Shown in pieces: positions 51,310 to 64,000 of a stretch of 64,000 nt of DNA. The position numbers were made by a program, and so were the translations under genes. How positions within the stretch are numbered: the first letter of the stretch is position 1; every line of letters starts with the position of its first letter. Under the pieces are notes generated by a model. That model saw only the letters and a program-made list of their open reading frames with translations. It was not told the origin of the DNA and did no database searches. This stretch comes from Tubulanus polymorphus (Eukaryota; Animalia; Nemertea), in contig NC_134030.1 of the NCBI RefSeq assembly GCF_964204645.1, positions 14,010,010-14,074,009 of the forward strand, read 5' to 3'.

Positions 51310-51444
51310 ATGGATGAAAAAGAATTTCAGAAAATATCGAAGAAAACTCAGGACTCATTGGGAAAACTGATTAAAAAGCCTCCCCTAACGGATAAACTGC
51401 TGAAGAAACCGCCTTTCAGATTTTTGCATGATATCATCACCTCG
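51310..51444 (+). CDS. TRAF3IP1: TRAF3IP1 / IFT54 / MIP-T3 coding exon 1
   Basis: [45 protein letters not shown], the characteristic CH-like N-terminus; donor GTAAGT at 51445. Confidence 0.95.
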
Positions 51445-53139
51445 GTAAGTCCTCGCTCATTCGACCTGGATGGATAAGGATGGAGTCCAGACCACAAATC
51501 CACACTGTGCACCTCCCTTAGCTGTGATTTGAACATGATGACAACGCCACGAATCGGCCACGGTATTGGTAGGCCTATACAAAACCCTTGTCCATGCCAA
51601 TTATCACAGTCACAGAGCGTAGGTTTTGCTGCACAAACGTTGTGGCGGCACCAATTCAATTCTCCGTTTTATCACTGGGGCTACGCGTGGAATACCTGAT
51701 AAGACATTCTCAAGAGAGAATTTCGATCACAACTTTTAATTGAAAAATGAACATGAAAAATGAAATGGCAAAACTACAAGTGAAAAACCTATTAGGCCTA
51801 CTTAAACTAATAAACAAAATAAAATGTATCAAAAATACCACAACATCTAAAATAGAGACGGTTAGATCTACTGCTGTAGCAGTAACTGCAGCAGTACTGC
51901 TTGTAATATATATATTTGAAACTGCAATTCAATTCAATGTTATGTTTATTGCACCGCAATAAATCAATAGTTCAGCAGTCGTGATGTATCTGCGGGAGGC
52001 CTCCGCCCTCACCCACTTCTGCTAGTTATTCTAATTGAAGTAACTATCGAAATTTTGAGATGCTCCCTAACTGTCTGTCACACATGGTAGGCGATCTTTT
52101 CAACCTTACCTTAAGCGTCGTTGGTAGGCCTAAGCTTTTATTAATCGGATGGACTTATCAAGACTCGGCCCGACACAAAATAAAATCATGCAGTCTTCAG
52201 TAGGCTATTTGAATTTTAAGATCCTAAACCTTCTGATTCCTTGTGATTCGTCGCTTATTCTGGGTCCTAAGGTGGTGATTATTATTGCTCTTGAAAATAG
52301 GGTATTTTTCGATTTATATTTTCTCTGACTCAAATGCGTATATATACACAATATAGCTCATTTGCATTGATAGACAAGTTTTATGAATGATTTTTCTGTT
52401 GGCAGTTGGTTCTTAAAATATGATTTGCAATCCCACTCTCAGGCTTTTGATTACAGATATCTACTCTGTTCCTTTTTGCGTCCCGTTTCACCGATGGAGG
52501 CCTACATCATGTTACAAAACCTGTAGCTCCTGAATTGTTGGCTGCTGTTCTTTGAAATTTGTGGTGATTATAGGCCTACTTTAAGAAGGGCTCTCAAACA
52601 TATCAACATATTTTTTTATCAGTCAAGCATGACACAATCGGTAGCCATCTTGCTGTTGACAGGTTTTAACTCATAGTCCTGATATTTGATTAATCGTCTC
52701 GCTGTCATAGTATTCATTTCCTAGCGTGGAATTGGGGTTACCTAGGTTATTGTTCTCGCCAGCAGGGGGAGTTGAATATTGACTTATATACAATTTGCCT
52801 GATTTAGGCCTATATTGGGACCTATGCATATTTTGTAACCACAATCAATTGCATAGTTTTAGGCCTAGCTCATGACAGCAGTTTCAAGGCCATTGGTTTT
52901 TATGGTCACCAGGGGGTGTTGAATGTTGAAATAGTTTGATTGACTTGTAGATGTCCTATGACTGTGAGTTTTAGGCCACTGATTTCTGTCTTTATTCACT
53001 GGCAGGTGTTTACTCCCTACTGAACTTAAATTATGTTTGGAAACTTAATTAATTAGGAAAACAGACTCTGCTCACTTCAGCTGATACAGCTTAATCCATT
53101 GCATTTCTTGCTGGCAGCTATTTAGATTTTAATTTCCAG

Positions 53140-53257
53140 GTGATACGAATGACTGGATTTATGAAGGGTTTGTACACTGCTACTGAAATGAACAGTGAAA
53201 ATGTGAAGGAAAAAGAAGCCAAAATAGCTTTTCTACAAAAAGCAATTGATATGGTTG
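53140..53257 (+). CDS. TRAF3IP1: TRAF3IP1 coding exon 2
   Basis: ttccag|[39 protein letters not shown]|gtaagt; phases consistent. Confidence 0.95.
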
Positions 53258-53399
53258 GTAAGTAGGCCTACGAGCAACCGGCTTGGCGGGCGTGCAGATG
53301 TTGTTCCCACTCTACGGGCTAAAGTTTTTGGTTGATTTTCTTGCTACTTGGTATGTTTTTTTTAGGTGTGAGGAGTTTGAGCCCTTATGTGTTTGACAT

Positions 53400-54340
53400 A
53401 AATAGGTCAACCAAGATGGCTGCCACAGTTATTTCGATATGCGTTAATTAGCCAGTTTTAAGCTTGTTTCCACTCTACAATCGACAATTTTTAGGCCAGT
53501 TTTAGGCTGAGCCTATAACTATACAAATTGATTGAATTTAGATGACATGGTTTCCAGAGGAATCAGGGGCACCCCCAGGGACCACTGTCGAGGTTAGCAC
53601 AATTTATGAATAAGGCATTTTGAAAGGGTCCATTAGCATAAGATAAATTTGGTCGATCGAACTCAAGATGGATGCCTGTGACTTTTTTTTGAGCCCAAAA
53701 ATGTCACTTTTGATCCAAACTCTCTAGCTTCCTAATGGTTTGCCATTTTTCATCGCAATTTATGGTAGCCTAGGTATTCTATGAAAAAGAATATTTAATA
53801 GGCCACATAAGACAGGTATTATTGGTCAGCCAATTATCACACAATGACGGCCATCTTAGATGGAAAAAAGGATAATAACGGCATGTTTGAACTTATAGCC
53901 TTGATATTTGATTAGTATTTGCACCGTCGTAGGATACATCTCCTCACATGAAATTTGGGTTCAATTCTTTGTTCCTGCCACCAGAAGTTAAATATTGAAT
54001 AACATACAGTTTGTCTACTTATATTGGTACTTACAATGTCTTTGGTGTTTGTATATGATCACCAGGGGGTGTTGAATAGTACAATAACTTAGTATTTCCT
54101 TATTATATTATGACCTAGGCATATTTTGTTACCTAAATCAATTGCAAAATTGTACCTTGTGACATATTCTAATGTTGTGGTGAGTATCAAGGTCATTGAT
54201 TTTAGTTTGTATGGTCACCAGGGGCATTGAATATTGAAATGGTTAGATTTACTATTTGAAACCACTTGGTGAAACCATTTGAAACCACTTGGGGAAACCA
54301 TTTGAAACCACGCGGGCATGGTGTCCCTGGACCCCTTGTT
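53400..54340 (+). mobile_element. Degenerate intronic copy of the 56673-57953 Helentron-type family
   Basis: ~154-bp caccagggg repeats and 3' end gggcatggtgtccctggaccccttgtt; 5' boundary approximate. Confidence 0.7.
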
Positions 54341-54486
54341 TTATGTGAGGATATATGAACAGAAAAAACAAAATAAAAACAAAAAGCCGTAAAATATGTA
54401 ATCATTCATATTTTTTGCATGTTTGTAAACAATTTTCGATCAGTGGTTATGTCCCACTAGTTCAAAGATCTTCTTGGTTTTTTCAG

Positions 54487-54599
54487 CACTTGTTACTGGT
54501 AAAGTGGTCAGTGTAAAACCAAATAAGATTGTCTCTGGCCATGAACCTGAAAAAACTAATGAATTCTTGCAACTCTTAGCAACTGCGATCCTGAAAAAG
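54487..54599 (+). CDS. TRAF3IP1: TRAF3IP1 coding exon 3
   Basis: tttcag|(A)LVTGKVVSVKPNKIVSGHEPEKTNEFLQLLATAILKK|gttagt. Confidence 0.95.
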
Positions 54600-55298
54600 G
54601 TTAGTTTTTCAAATTATGTGGATGATTGAAATACCTTCTTGGCTCATCTGTGACATAAAACAGGGTCCCCACACCTCTTTCAGTTTTGAGAAATAGGCAT
54701 TTAGAAATTTTGTCTAGTCTGTAGTTGTACAGTAGACTTCCCCTAAATTGATACAGTTTGGACCTGAATGTTTTTTACCCAAGTAAAAGTACTAGTACTT
54801 AGCCAATTACAGAATAAGAAACCTCGTTAAGGTTATGTAAAGGAGAGAAAACCACTGAATTCATGGTTAGCAATTAGGATAATGAAAGTGATGCAGACAC
54901 TTCTCAAAATTTGATCCTTGAAAACTCCTAATATTCAGGAATGACTGATGTTTAGGGATCCTGTGAAGTGGAGCTGATGGCTTAGGGGATAACCATCCGC
55001 CGCTATCAACTTATAGTTTTAAATAGTTTAAGGTATCCCCCAACGTAATTGATGTGGCTTTTGGATGGCGGGAAACGGTGAACTTTGTTCATATATGGAT
55101 TACTACAGTATGTATGACATAGGCCTATGGTAATTCAATGACTTGTAGAATGATTTCTAGATAGGCCTATTTACATACCGGTATTTAGATTGTGTGAAAA
55201 TATCAGACTTGTGGATTTGTTTGTTTTTGGTCCAAATGTTCAATACCCAATTCATTTATCTTGATCCATGTTGTATCAGCGATATATTCTTTTCGAAG

Positions 55299-55409
55299 GT
55301 TGATAATGATGAATTTGTAAAAAGAGTTTTGTCCAGTGAAAAACCTGGGAAATCTTCGGTGACCAAAAAAGACAATGAGAAGAAAGATGATCCAAAAGAA
55401 AAGAAGAGG
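55299..55409 (+). CDS. TRAF3IP1: TRAF3IP1 coding exon 4 (gene probably continues beyond the window)
   Basis: ag|VDNDEFVKRVLSSEKPGKSSVTKKDNEKKDDPKEKKR|gtatgt; start of the charged region. Confidence 0.85.
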
Positions 55410-56304
55410 GTATGTTATGTTTTGTTAAGAGGGAATAAAGGAATTAGGCCTATCTATGTCATGATCAGCCTATTCATACAATTTGATCAAATCATAGGGG
55501 TATTCATGGAGTGCTGGGAAGGGTCTATTTGTGCCTGTCGAATCAATAAATTTCTGCATTTAATTTTTAGCTGAGGCTACTTTGTAATAGATTGGAAAAA
55601 TGTGTGACTAATATCTCAAAATCTAATAAACACATTTGACCAGTTTGTATGTAGCCGTTACGATGCTTAAATTTGAGCTCAATTGCTCTAAGGAAGTTAA
55701 ACTAATATGGTTTCACTTAGAACTCAAGAATTTTCAATCGTGGAAGTTGCAAAATTTCATATGTCTTTTCGGCGTCTTAAAGCGCTTGTGTTTGTCACTA
55801 TCCCTAGATAGCTGCAGATGTACAGAATATCCTTGCTCTTTCAAAATGGCCACCACTGCATACATCTTAAATCCTCTTTCAGCTACAAATGAAATGCGAT
55901 TTTCTTGAAAATTGGTACGTAGTTGTAATGAGCAAGGTACATTAATTGCATCCAGTGCTGCCAAGTGTCCCGATTTAGGCGGAATCGTTACGCCTTGGTA
56001 TAGAAAAATACAACGTTCTGACATATGCTTGAAAAATAGGATTTTTCGAATAGAAATATCGAAATTTTTACGATTTTTCTTGTTATTTTCTTATTATGAA
56101 TGAGTCTCAAATTTTCTTGTTCCTATCTCAATCATAAAAATCTATGTAAAAAAATGTTGCGAGCCGATCGTCGATAAAGATTCTTGAAAGTGTCAGGTGA
56201 CTCTGCAAGGCAGAGCCACTAGCTGGCTTGATATGCTCCCATGACCATGGCAAGTGAGTGAATAAGAAGGTTACAAAATGATGTCCATGATGGTTGTTAG
56301 TGAC

Positions 56305-56620
56305 CTGCCTCCGAAGAGGACTCAGGACCACCAAGTAAGAAGAAGAAAAGAATGCAACAGTTTAAACTATCATATTCATCAGCCTTCCCTTGTGTCACTA
56401 GCAGCAAAAGAGGAACACATTTCGCTTTGTGCACTGTTTGCTGCTGTGGTTTAGTGTCAGCCGCGGAGGAATTTGCAATGTGAAGAAACACTGTTCTGCT
56501 ACAAACACGTACGTATAGACAAGTATGAATAAAAGGATTTCGGCATTTTTCAAGAAACCACAAAGTTTTAATGGCGCGACCAAAGTGGAAGTCCTATATA
56601 CCATGTTTTTGGTTTACCTT
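56305..56620 (+). pseudogene. hAT-like transposase N-terminal remnant (BED-type finger)
   Basis: PPSKKKKR.QQFK.SY...FPC...SKRG..FA.CTVC../FSVSRGG...VKKH followed by I.AFF...KVEVLY..FLV, with frameshifts. Confidence 0.65.
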
Positions 56621-56672
56621 TGTCAGCGATATGAAGTTGGCATTGAGCCAATTCATGTAAAATCGCGGTACG

Positions 56673-57953
56673 TTTTTCAGCCCACTTGGGACTTTAGTCC
56701 CAGCGGGCTGTTGCGTTCACTTTTCGTCCGTCCGTCCGTTGTAGCGTCCGTCCGTCCGTAGACGGAATCCAGTTATTTTGGGAAGTTTTGAAGATGCTTC
56801 AAGGTAACGATATTTGATATTTGGGTTACACATGTATCTACCCTAGACACATCTTCAGCCCAAAAACTGGCCCTGTCAGAATCAATATGGCCGACTGGCA
56901 GCCATTGTTGTTCGCCAAAATCAGCACTTTTTACACATTTTTGAACTTTTTGAGGGAAATTTTGAAGACGCTTTGATCAATTACCTTGATCTTTCGGATA
57001 TATGTGAATCCCCCCAGGGCCCATCAACATAACAAAAATTGGGTCCTTCAGACTCAAGATGGCCGTCCTATGACCTTTTTAGTGGCCAAAAATGTTAATT
57101 TTGGCCCGAATTCTGAGTCCTGTAGCTTCCTACTGGTTTGCCATTTCTCATTACAATTTGTGATGGGTGTTCTTTGGAAAGGGATATTTTATACCTGAGA
57201 CAGGTATTTTTCATCAGCCAATTATGACGCAATTGGCGGCCATCTTGGTGTCACCAGTACTCATTCGTAAGTGGGAAAAAGTTTTCCACATTATATTGAT
57301 ACCTAAGCTTATTTTGCTACCACAATCAATTAGAAAGTTGTAGCTCATAACGTGTTCTATGATTGTGGTGAGTTTCAAGGTAATTGGAATTCGTATATGG
57401 CCACCAGGGGGCGTTGAATAATACAATATCTTAGCATTTCTTTATTATATTCGTACCTATGAATATTTTGTAACCACAATCAATTGGAAAGTTGTAGCTC
57501 ATGACATCATCTATGATTGTTGCGAGTTTTAAGGACATAAGTTTTTCTATATGGTCACCAGGGGGCGTTGAATAGTAGAATAACTTAGTATTTCCTTATT
57601 ATATTGGTACCTAGGCATATTTTGTTACCATGATCAATTGCAAAGTTGTAGTTCATGACATGTTTTATGATTGTGGTGACTTTCGAGGTCATTGGGTTTT
57701 CAATATGGTCACCAGGGGGCGTTGAATAGTAGAATGACTTAGTATTTCCATATTAAATTGGTAACGAGGCATATTTTGTTATCACAATCAATTACAAAAT
57801 CGTAGCTGCTGACATGTTCTATGATTGTGGTGAGTTTTAAGGTCATTGGTTTTTGTAAATGGTCACCAGGGGGCTTTGAATATTGAAATTGTTAGATTGT
57901 TGAGCATTTGAAACCACTTCCCAAGTGGGCATGGTGTCCCTGGACCCCTAGTT
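56673..57953 (+). mobile_element. Full-length Helentron-type (DINE-1/pearl-like) non-autonomous element
   Basis: subTIRs agcccacttggga (56679) / tcccaagtgggc (57919), (GTCC)n microsatellite 56724-56760, four 154-bp core repeats (57402, 57556, 57710, 57864), 3' hairpin plus CTAG-TT. Confidence 0.88.
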
Positions 57954-57988
57954 TATGTGAGCATTTGTTTCATTGGTTCTCGGCTTAA

Positions 57989-60975
57989 CCCTTTCGTGAC
58001 CGCATTATATGTTCTCTAATGGCCCGGAGGTATTTTGACCATATTTGACCTGTATACATAATGATCCCAGGAAAAAGATATGACTTACAGACAGCTTGTA
58101 TGAACATACTATCTACATAGAAAACATATGGGGCTATCTTTTCCTGCAAAAAAAATTAGTGACCTTGACCCCCAGGTCAAGGTCACGTGATCCGATATGG
58201 CTGCCGAAGCAACATTTTTCGACTAAAATTATACGGAAACGACCACTACACAACTAAAAACATAAAACAAAGTTTATTTTGAACATCAACTGGTCTACTA
58301 ACAGCACTGTAACTATCAAACATGGGAAGAATCAACAACTTCAGTTTTTACTGAAAAGAAAATATTTTTCGCGCCCCCTTATTTCTGGGTCAAACCTGAA
58401 AATCACAATAAACATAGAACCCCACACAAAATTTCACAGCTTTCAATCTTAGAATAGTGAAATAACACTATAAATCCCCTAGAATTGAAGAAGAACCTTT
58501 GGTATGCCTTATAAATATCTCTTTATGTTTTCTTTTTATACCCTTATACCATAGGTAAGCTGATTTTCAAGTTTTACCGAAAAGCGCAATTTATCTGTAA
58601 AACTTATATACATACTTTGTCATCCTATTGAATGTGAAGAAATAAAAGTTAGATCCTACCTTATCAGTTCTTTTTTCATGTTATTTAGTTGTATTCTTAC
58701 ACAATAATCCATTCAATAGTCTGTATTGTCCACGGGTTCTACTCCATAGTCCAGCACATTGTGATAGACCTAGAAACAGTCGGACTCTACGTGTAATCCA
58801 GGATGATCTGGGCAGTTGACACAAATGAATACAGTTTCCTTTGGTTTTCCATTAGCCGTTCAAAATCCACGGGCATAGCAAACCCTACAAATCTTAGTTT
58901 TGCGCCTCGCACCTGATGGGATGTTGCCTCGAGCTCTCGGGAAGTGGCGTCCGGTTAAACGAGTTACAGTAGTATCCCGAAGTACACTGGCACTGAGACG
59001 TAGAGATGATATCAACAGAATAGCTATAACATCTTTGAGAAATCCAAGAAACTCATTTCTCGGGTACGACATCTTACAAACTTTGTGAGCATTCAAGGCT
59101 GCTAGCATAAGTAAGTGAACGGCTAGTTTAATGCTCCATTTGTACGTTTTCCGAACAGTATGAATTGAGTGGAGCTGTTGGTCGGTTTGATCTACACCTC
59201 CCATCTTATGATTGTAATCAATTACCGCTTTTGGCTTTATAATTTCTCTATTTTTGTGGTCAAACTTTACAAGTTCTGTAACTGGCATGTGTTTTGTTGA
59301 TAGCATATGTACAATTTTGGGTTTACCACTAGCTTTACCGTTGATACCTCGAAACTTAATAGCTAAAACTTGAGGCGTCTTCTCAACAGAGAAAGCCATT
59401 TTACCTTAGTCCACAGGCAACAGTTTCAAATCTGCTGGAAACATCTTACGATTGTTCCTACAAGTATCGACAATGTAAATTCCTTGATCTAACAACCATT
59501 TAGCCAAGTGCGGTGAGGTATAATAATTGTCCACAATAAGACAGCGACCCATATGGTGATGTGGTTCCATCAGAGTACCGACAATTTTCTCAGTTGCAGA
59601 AAGTTTCTCAAAACCTGGTGTCTCATTTGGCTCTGCAGAGCCACAGTAAACCAAAAAGTCAATTGTGTAACCATTTGGTGTACATAACTTGTACAGTTTC
59701 ATCCCAAAACGCGCTCGTTTTGTTTTGATATAAACTTTGAAGTGTAAACGACCTTTATAGAGGAGCAAGGATTCATCGATACAAACATCTGGGCCGGGCT
59801 CAAGCATCGCACGAAATTTGCGTCGAAAGAAATCTATTAGAGGGCGAACTTTATATAGACGGTCGCGATTAGCATCTGCTTGGTCTGGCATCTGATCATT
59901 ATCATTGAAATGCAAGAAACGTACGAGTTCAAACCTGTTCCTCGTCATTGTTTGGCTAAAAATTGCTGTATGGAAAAGTTCATTTGCACTCCAATTCATC
60001 CGCATCGACGGAAAATTGTGTATTCCCATCAGCATTACAAGACCGATAAATGTTTTGATTTCTGGCAAATCCACATCTTTCCATTCAAATGGCACTTCTT
60101 CACCGTTGGCCGCTATGTATTGACGCGCGTACCGGTTTGTTTCCCGTATAATCAGATATAAAAGTTCATCCGTAACGAAAATATTATAGAAATCGATGGG
60201 TTTAGGGTTATCATTTTCGTTAAAACGATGCCTTAGACGTTCTACAGCTGTAACTGGAATATTTTTAGGTGCATATCCAGTCACAGTGTCAGTCCAGTTC
60301 CAAGGATTAGGCCTTACATGTTGCACAACGACATTCCCACCACAGCTACGTCCCCTGCCACGTCCCCGACCATGTCCACGTCCCATACCACGAGCTCCAC
60401 GGGCAGCATCAGCAACACGGGGTGGACTGGGACTAGGTGATTGGCTACAACTATCTCTAGGCCTAATTGGGCCTGCAGTTCTCTGTCTTGGATGCCCTCT
60501 CGCTACAGGCTGAGCGACAGAATCATTACTTTCATCAGATGAGTGTTCAGCGTAACCATGGCAACTGGATAGGCACTAAGTGAACTATCATCTAAAAGAC
60601 TGTCATCATATAATTCATCTGAATCAGAATCGTACTCATCACTTGCATTTTCGTTCCTGCTGAACTCTAAATCATCGCCGACATCAATGTCCTTGTCATC
60701 AGAATCAGAGTCAGCTAAAATTCCATCTAAAACTTCATTTACTGATAATTTTCTGTTACCGCTGCCTTTTTTACTGGGCGCAGCCATTTTTACTTTCGTT
60801 TTTGTGGAGTACGGTGTCTCATTGGTGCAACATCACTTTCCGAGTGGCAGCACCATACAGTAACCAAAATAGCGGGTGATTTGAACAGTATATCTCTATC
60901 CGGTATGTCATACCGGACTAGGCAGTTTCGTGTTTTCTGTATCCGGTATGTCATACCGGATAGGTCGTGAAAGGG
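57989..60975 (-). mobile_element. piggyBac transposon, full length, decayed
   Basis: TTAA TSDs at 57985 and 60976; TIRs CCCTTTCGTGACC / GGTCGTGAAAGGG; duplicated subterminal palindrome tatccggtatgtcataccgga. Confidence 0.95.
58715..60787 (-). pseudogene. piggyBac (PGBD4-like) transposase with frameshifts and stops
   Basis: Acidic N-terminus, CIDES, VDNYY, YNHKMGGVD catalytic motifs, C-terminal CRVC...CVNC...H...C. Confidence 0.93.
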
Positions 60976-63900
60976 TTAAACGACGTATAATCGATGCGAT
61001 TGAAGACATGGCGAACCTCCGTCGATGACATGTCCAACATTGTTAAAACTCTACGAAAAACTGTTTTTGGCGGGAAAATTCTTAGCTCTCGCGTATAAAA
61101 TTGCGATGACCTCAATTGGGGGGGGGGGGCGTTGTCTCTACGAGCGAATGTGATTGGCTGTGTTTTGGATTTACGGGGAATTCTGGCACTACTAAAATAA
61201 TTATGGGAAAGCCATAGAATGGCGAACGTTTCATTGGACTAGGTGCGAATTTCAAATGCTCATTGCTGGTGAGAATGTAACTATTATCCGCCATAGGTAT
61301 TGTTTCATTTTAATACCCGGTGATTGATTTGATTGACATTGAAGTGTTAGCGAACATTCACTTACACAAGGCCTCCACGTGCGCGCAAGAGGCACACACA
61401 AACACACGCGCGTACAGTATACACTAGTGATACTGTAACGCTGCTTGCTGGCGCGTTTGACATTTCTTCAGCAGAAGATAAGCGCTGTATTTTCTGTTTG
61501 ATAGAATTAGTAATAAATTGTAATTTCTTGTGACCTGAAAATACTAAGCAGCAAACTATAGGTATAGGTCGAGGTCTGAATATTGTAGTGGTAAATTCCA
61601 GGATTTAAAACGATCTAATACGCTTCCGCGGCCATACATTCAGCCACCCTCTGATATGTGACATCATATGAATTTTATTTGAATATTTTTTCATATTATA
61701 AAAAATATTTCTTTGAAAATATAAAATAGTTTCCATGCCGCGCCTACCTGTACCCTACAAAATTTTTGATATGGACCGTAAACAAATGTATATCTTTGGT
61801 CTTTTGACTACAAAATAATCCTTTAAGAAAGATAAAATAGAATATTTAAACTTGTAGAACTTTGAAGTCACGAATTAAAAAGATTTTTCAAGCAATGCCC
61901 TTACCCCAAACAACCTCTAGCTTTCAAGGTAAACCACACTTTGCCCATGGGCAATTTATTTGTTAAACATAATTTCCCATTAGCTGCTGCTAACCAACCA
62001 TACTGTCCCTCTATTGCACGAAATGTTCTCTGGCTGGCAAATGTTCTCCAGGGCAGCCCATGGGGGTGGAGTTTCTATTTCTTCAGATCGCTACTAGTCC
62101 CACAGTTTTAATCAGAAAAAATATCTGTTTTAAAAAGCCAATCAGAAAGCAAAGACTCCTCTATGATTGGCTTAGCCGCAGAAATCAGCAGGTGTTCTCG
62201 AGGTATCGTACTTCTGGGTTTTATTTTAAGATCTAAAATTGTATTTCAATATCGATTTCTGTGAAATCTTCAGTTGATTTGGTTTTTGGGAGGAATATCT
62301 TTATTTGCACTACAGAAAATATCATTGACAATTGTGCAAAGTCCAGGAAAAATAGCTTTTTCTCAAATCGGATGGATGACCTTGATATGCTAATTATCCA
62401 TGTGCTCAAACTGCAATTTCAAATTTTATTCTGCAAAAAATATCAAATCCAATTCAATTTTACTTTATTGAACAAGGTAAAACAGCCAATCCAATTCAAT
62501 TTTGTTTTATTGAGCTGCATTCAAATCATTAAGACCATGGGAAAAGATTTATCTGAGGTAGGCCTATTTGTTCCGGCCAGCTCCAGTCGCTGTTCTGTGC
62601 TACTTGTGAAAACACGATTGAATTGTGGAAATTATTAGCCTGGGATTGACTAGTGTTGAGCTGGGCCGTGTACTTGGACAAATTTAATGCATCATTTGTC
62701 ATTTTATGAAAAGCTGACAGGCTTGCCATAGTGCCCCTTGGGGCTCTTGTTCTGATTCGTCCCCCAGGGGCTGCCCCTGGGGGTGGAGTTTCTATTTCTT
62801 CTAATCGCTATTTGTCCTACAGTTTAAGCCAGATCAATTCCAAATTTAGTTTGAATGTTCTATGAACCAAGGCCTATAAAGTTATGGAGCCATTTTCATG
62901 GGCTTGCATGCTTGCTTGCAAGCGCATATTGCTATCACACGGATTGATAACTTGCTTGGGGAGTCGATAACTTTCGTTAGAAACTTTCTTGGGCTTTAAT
63001 ATTTACACACATTTAATGCAGTAATAAAATCTAGGTTCCTTTCGTATATTGGCTATATCGGTTGTCGTTTTCATTGTTTTATGATTTTGTTTAATCGTTT
63101 TTGTTATTTCAGCAGCGCATACTAACTTTGGTTGAGCGTGCGTGATCAGTCTTGAAATTGGTATTCATGCGCGGCATAGTGCTGCCGACAATTCAATTCA
63201 TTCTTTATTGACACAATAAAACATTTACTTTCACGTTTAAAAAAAATTCTTTTAATTTTCTTTTACTTTCATTGGGTGCTTTGCGTTAGCGGCCATTTGA
63301 AAAATATCTGTATGAACATTTATATTTTTCAGTTTAAATATCTAAAACTTAAAACCCGCTTTTCTGTAAAATAAATTCTGAATTGAAGACTGGTTCCCTG
63401 TCTCTTCAAAGAGCCAGGGGGCGGTAGTCTATGGTGGCAATAAACTTTAGGAGTAAACTTTATCGGATGATCGTAGTGGATTGTCGTTTGAAGGAGATGC
63501 AACTTATTCTTGCTTAATGTCTTATTTTAAAAAGAAAAATCGTGGCTCCTATCTATTTTCGTGTGCGGCTTCTCTTCACTTGAAGTCACTCACGCTTTTT
63601 CTTTCTGCTGTAAGTTTTTTATGCAAAATCATTTCAACACATTCCGATACGTAATCTAATGTCTATCCCAGTGGTTATGATCGCGGTGCATCAAACAGTT
63701 CATATCATCGCGGATGTGGAACCCTGTGGTTTCTATGTGCTCAACCCTGCAAGTAACTGAGGTCAGGCAACTACTACATTCAAGAGTGAATAATACTAAA
63801 GTTTTCGCATCCTGGTCATTCACTTCTCTTTATTCCTCTAGATTTGGTTTTTTCTTGTATATTCTCAAAGAACACCGATTACTGAAAATGTATTTAAGCA

Positions 63901-64000
63901 TGGAATTTCGAGGATTAATTTCTTATTTTGTGCACTTAACAAAGCTAGACATGCGCAAATATGTTAACAAATGACTATTTGTGGATTTGATTATCATCTC

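Noticed and set aside
56301-56340. Additional TRAF3IP1 exon (Lys-rich, AG/GT bounded)
   Set aside because: It would begin with TGA in phase 0, and the sequence reads as a hAT transposase N-terminus

Overview
AT-rich, repeat-dense animal (probably marine invertebrate) genomic DNA, not prokaryotic. From left to right: an ~89-bp satellite with higher-order structure (1-3.3 kb); Helentron-type and Mutator-like non-autonomous elements; a ~38-kb nest of related Ty3/Gypsy LTR retrotransposons; then the first four coding exons of the ciliary gene TRAF3IP1/IFT54 (from 51310), whose introns hold Helentron-type elements, a hAT remnant and a decayed piggyBac. The Gypsy nest comprises element A (+, 10724-20512), element B (-, 20513 to ~28260), element C (-, 37884-46538) and a solo LTR of A (46660-48720), interleaved with TIR DNA transposons. 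Main candidate for an undescribed system: all three divergent Gypsy elements share TGTAGCG LTR termini, long LTRs (~2 kb in A and C), a tRNA-Leu PBS and a -1 gag/pol slippery site. All three also carry an intact third ORF in the env position that is not an envelope. It encodes a C2HC+C2H2 double zinc-finger protein with a disordered middle and a conserved C-terminal HxH-x14-18-CxxC module, and each copy is preceded by a splice acceptor. The LTRs of B and C carry different dense short-motif arrays that could be its binding sites (inference). All assignments were made by eye; no database searches were run.
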